Source of the DNA: an uncultured Candidatus Saccharibacteria bacterium
GTDB lineage: Bacteria; Patescibacteriota; Minisyncoccia; Phycocordibacterales; UBA9973
Length of the DNA stretch: 64,000 nucleotides
NCBI GenBank assembly: GCA_964634365.1
Contig: CAZWJU010000001.1
Coordinates: forward strand, 167,028 to 231,027
Direction of reading: 5' to 3'
The notes under the pieces are model-generated. The model did no database searches. It worked only from the letters and a program-made list of their open reading frames with translations, and was not told the origin of the DNA. Both the position numbers and the translations under genes were made by a program. The stretch's first letter is position 1. Each line of letters begins with the position of its first letter. This document shows positions 61,675-64,000 of the stretch, one piece after another.

Positions 61675-61758
61675 TATTTAAACTTTATATAACTCTACTA
61701 CTATAAAAAAGCTGGTCAAACCTAACTATATTTTATAAATATTTGTTATAATTGGTAA

Positions 61759-62817
61759 ATGGAAAATTTAACCTTTGGAATTATTGGAGCAGTAGTCGCT
61801 GGTTTTTTAGTCTACTTGCTAACTAAAAACAAAAAAGATAATTCTGGCTCTACTGACGAATTATTGATTGAGCTCATTAAGAATGTTGACGCGAAGCTTG
61901 GGGAGTCACAAAAACAAATGAGCGAATCTATTCGTTATCAGACTTCAGAGTCTCAAAATCTTATTCATAAAATAACGGAGCAAATAAATAAAAGCCTAAT
62001 AGATGTTGTAAGGGAGCAAACAAAAACTAATGAAGCTACGACAAAATTCGTATCAATTGCAGAGCAATTGGGCAATCTTGAAAAAGTTCTTAAACACCAA
62101 AAACAACGTGGAAACTTAGGCGAAGCATCACTTGAACTTATCTTATCTAATATCCTGCCTCCCGATGCATTCACAATGCAATATATGTTTAAAAATGGCG
62201 AAAAAGTTGACGCCGTAATAAAGACAAAAGAAGGACTGATATCGATTGATGCAAAATTTTCACTTGATAATTATGAAAGGCTAATAAATGCAATCAGCGA
62301 TGAACAACGTTTAGAACTAGAAAATGATTTCAGGAAAGATTTAAAGAAAAGAATAGATGAGACATCCAAATATGTTAGAGAAACTGAGGGGACTCTCCGA
62401 TTTGCATTTATGTTTATCCCCGCAGAAGCAATATATTACGATCTATTAGTGAATGAAATCGGTGCAGTGAAGGTAAATACACGAAATTTGATTGACTATG
62501 CGAAGGAAAAAAATGTAATCATTGTCTCACCTACAACATTTGCCGCCTACCTTCAATCTGTGCTTTATGGTTTTAAGGCTTTTAAATTCGAAGAAACAGT
62601 AAAGGATGTTATGAAAAGAGTAGAAGAACTTGGTAAGCACTACAAAGCTTATGAGGAATTTCACAATAAACTTGGTAACTCTATAAACACAGTTTACAAT
62701 CATTACAATGCATCTGGAAAAGAGCTCAAAAAAATCGATAAAGATGTTTTGAAGATTACGGGAACATCAAATGAAATCGAGCCATTAATCTTAGATAAAA
62801 TGGACACCGAAGAATAA
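61759..62817 (+). CDS. rmuC: DNA recombination protein RmuC
   Basis: TM, coiled coil, RGNLGE, IDAKF, FMFIPAEAIY, VSPTT. Confidence 0.92.
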   Translation: MENLTFGIIGAVVAGFLVYLLTKNKKDNSGSTDELLIELIKNVDAKLGESQKQMSESIRYQTSESQNLIHKITEQINKSLIDVVREQTKTNEATTKFVSIAEQLGNLEKVLKHQKQRGNLGEASLELILSNILPPDAFTMQYMFKNGEKVDAVIKTKEGLISIDAKFSLDNYERLINAISDEQRLELENDFRKDLKKRIDETSKYVRETEGTLRFAFMFIPAEAIYYDLLVNEIGAVKVNTRNLIDYAKEKNVIIVSPTTFAAYLQSVLYGFKAFKFEETVKDVMKRVEELGKHYKAYEEFHNKLGNSINTVYNHYNASGKELKKIDKDVLKITGTSNEIEPLILDKMDTEE

Positions 62818-63426
62818 ATGGAAGTTATATTAGGTACAATAGCTGGCGCAGGAGCAGTCGCTGGCTTAAAGAGAGTTTTCGATCGAGCACCGAAACGTAA
62901 AATCCCTGAAAACGGGATTGTATCGCCTGCGTCTGGAAAAGTTATCGAGATCACAGATATCAATCCAGCAAATTTTGAATTTATAAAAAAGAAAATTAAA
63001 AATTCTGTTTCACTTCCTGAGCTTGGACAGAGCGCGAAGATGATCGTAATAGAGATGAACATCCGCGACGTCCATGTTCAGCGCGCTCCGATAGACGGCA
63101 CAGTTATATATTCAAAACACTTTTCCGGTAAGCATAAAAATGTGATCCATAGTAAAAGTAAAAAAGACTCTGTATATATAAACGAAAAACAAATTACAGT
63201 TTTGAAAGGTGTAGATTTTTCAGTTGGCGTAATACAAGTAGCTGGATTTGTAGCTAGACGTATAAAATCCAGAGTGCATATGGGCCAAAATATTTCCAAA
63301 GGTGCAATCATCGGCAAGATTTCTTTTGGATCTCAAACTATACTCATCCTACCAAACACTCTAAGTATAAAAATAAAAATCGGGGACCGAGTCACTGACG
63401 GAGAAACCGTGATTGCACAAAATTAA
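62818..63426 (+). CDS. psd: Phosphatidylserine decarboxylase-family proenzyme (short type)
   Basis: VSPASGKV, DVHVQRAP, NEK, QVAG..ARRI, FGS autocleavage site. Confidence 0.82.
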   Translation: MEVILGTIAGAGAVAGLKRVFDRAPKRKIPENGIVSPASGKVIEITDINPANFEFIKKKIKNSVSLPELGQSAKMIVIEMNIRDVHVQRAPIDGTVIYSKHFSGKHKNVIHSKSKKDSVYINEKQITVLKGVDFSVGVIQVAGFVARRIKSRVHMGQNISKGAIIGKISFGSQTILILPNTLSIKIKIGDRVTDGETVIAQN

Positions 63427-63449
63427 AACCACTTCAATTGAAGTGGTTT
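63426..63449. terminator. Bidirectional terminator (24-bp perfect palindrome)
   Basis: AAACCACTTCAATTGAAGTGGTTT between convergent genes. Confidence 0.75.
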
Positions 63450-63453
63450 ATTT

Positions 63454-64000
63454 TTATATATTCAAGATAAATTTACATTGACGGATCACATCTACAGGCC
63501 CACAATTCATCTCGATAAAATATCTCGCCCCGTCATACACATACTTTTCATGACCAGCATGAAGAGTAAGTCCGTCTGCTACAGGAATCCACGCGACACT
63601 TTTTACTTCATTTTTGTCTAAACCGTAAAAAGTATCGATGAATTTGTCTTTCGGTAAAAATGCAAAGTACACAGTCGTCTCAATCCAGGCATTGTCAGTG
63701 TTTCGATAATCGTCTGAATACTTTCGATACATCCTTTTCAACAGACGTTGATCGAAATTTTTAAATTGAGGAACTTCTTCGCCAAGCTCACGTAAAGCGG
63801 CTGTTACTTTTGACTCGCCTTTGTCTACCATTCCACCTACAACTGCATTCATACCATTGTCGGCACGCTTGATAGCTAAAAAACAGAGTAGGCCAGTTCT
63901 TGGGTGGATAGTTAACATTACTACATCTACCGCACGGTTGGCTCCCCAGTTATATAGAAGCCCGCGACCCATGATACCTGTCCTGCCACAAGGGTTTAGC
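63454..64000 (-). CDS. NUDT9-like ADP-ribose pyrophosphatase (5' end off window)
   Basis: Frame open to window edge: LNPCGRTGIMGRGLL..WGAN, GGMVD..E....ALRELGEE, DDYRNTDNAWIET. Confidence 0.82.
   Translation of the reverse strand, partial: LNPCGRTGIMGRGLLYNWGANRAVDVVMLTIHPRTGLLCFLAIKRADNGMNAVVGGMVDKGESKVTAALRELGEEVPQFKNFDQRLLKRMYRKYSDDYRNTDNAWIETTVYFAFLPKDKFIDTFYGLDKNEVKSVAWIPVADGLTLHAGHEKYVYDGARYFIEMNCGPVDVIRQCKFILNI

Overview
AT-rich, gene-dense chromosomal segment that looks like a Patescibacteria (CPR), probably Parcubacteria (inferred from gene content and style; genetic code 11). It carries translation genes (cysS partial, trpS, non-discriminating aspS, gltX, gatB, prfA, L21/L27/L9/L31/L25, tRNA-Ile), dnaB-recR, scpAB, a dac-mraY-ftsW-murG cluster, glmS, a complete F1Fo ATP synthase operon, glycolysis/pentose-phosphate genes and many ORFans. 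Main non-obvious signals: (1) three divergent paralogous small membrane genes stacked between atpA and atpG, each followed by a near-identical copy of the atpG 5' end; (2) 7-nt-periodic tetramer arrays flanking a four-helix-bundle gene, with orphan arrays at two atp junctions; (3) a complete four-segment leader-peptide attenuator upstream of an unknown protein plus M28 peptidase; (4) an ultrashort-Stem-I transcriptional T-box (GAC specifier, UGGC bulge) upstream of aspS; (5) three stand-alone promoter-to-terminator small RNA units sharing a hairpin motif; (6) a symmetric dif-like site with a KOPS-like octamer where gene orientation switches; (7) widespread apparently leaderless promoters. No CRISPR, prophage or transposase was seen. 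All calls are by eye, without database searches.
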